NCBI GenBank assembly: GCA_002633005.1
Contig: NMRA01000380.1
Span: 270,645-334,644 of the forward strand
Source of the DNA: Phoronis australis
Lineage: Eukaryota > Animalia > Phoronida
Reading direction: 5' to 3'
DNA length: 64,000 nt
The position numbers were made by a program, and so were the translations under genes. The notes under the pieces were generated by a model that worked only from the letters and a program-made list of their open reading frames with translations, did not search any database and had not been told where the DNA came from. Positions 63,381-64,000 of this stretch are shown piece by piece. How positions within the stretch are numbered: the stretch's first letter is position 1; every line of letters starts with the position of its first letter.

Positions 63381-63754
63381 CTTAAACTAAATTTAATTTG
63401 GAGTTCCTTTTCACCGAAGACTGCATTCGTCTCGTATTCTAAGAGTTATGCCAACTATGTTTTATCTCAGTTTTGCTCACTGTTTGACATCTATATTGAT
63501 ATGTTTGATTGCTGTTTATTTGTTACAGTTATTATTTTTACGTGACACATGGCTTTTGTGTTAAAAATCCTTCAGCTTGTTATTTTAGGATGTATTTGAC
63601 TGGGCAGTCGCCGTGTAGTGTATCGTAAATTTGAATTGTTCAATAAAGTTCATGTGGTGGGTTTGTCATCAAAGATATGTAATGTTCAAGAGATGGTGAA
63701 TTGTGCACAAGGCATGGGAACCTGGTAATTTGTCTCAGATTTTCTCCCCTACAG

Positions 63755-63836
63755 GTGCTAGCTTCATCAAGTTACGATGACACAATAAAACTATTCAAAG
63801 AAGACGGAGACGATTGGTCCTGTTTTGCCACGTTAG
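63755..63836 (+). CDS. CIAO1: CIAO1 coding exon 5: VLASSSYDDTIKLFKEDGDDWSCFATL; gene continues beyond the window
   Basis: LAS.SYDDT.KL..E..DDW.C.ATL hallmark; acceptor cccctacAG, donor GTAATG; 82 nt, phase 0 to 1. Confidence 0.95.
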
Positions 63837-64000
63837 GTAATGATGCAAAATACATTTAAAGTGGCAATTTAAGCCACAGAGCTCTAGGAAATCAATGTAC
63901 ATTGACCACTACTTGATAACATAGAATCTAATGAAATTTTTGTAAAATACCACAAATTTTGCAAAATTATGTACAATTGGTCACAGCACAAGGTTGTGAT

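Overview
AT-rich metazoan genomic DNA with spliceosomal introns, most likely an invertebrate (lophotrochozoan-like repeat and GPCR content; inference). From left to right the window holds: (1) two phase-compatible minus-strand exons of an unrecognised basic, low-complexity protein (2638-2864, 1324-1665); (2) three tRNA-Pro(AGG) genes in a ~1.23 kb tandem array (7661-10184); (3) a class A peptide-receptor-like GPCR with an intronless CDS and atypical TM6/TM7 motifs (15714-16949, minus); (4) a long stretch with no recognisable intact gene, full of MITEs, tRNA-derived SINE pieces and minisatellites; (5) five coding exons of CIAO1, the WD40 cytosolic Fe-S assembly factor (53389-63836, continues past the window). 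Two TTAA-flanked Kolobok-type DNA transposons carry THAP-domain sequences (47669 onward; 57374-58993/60734). Three near-identical duplications joined by a single N (20028, 48053, 59060) look like uncollapsed haplotypes and expose probable structural polymorphisms. There is no CRISPR or prokaryotic system. I found no convincing wholly new biological system; the best leads are the orphan gene, the divergent GPCR, the Kolobok elements and the tRNA array structure.
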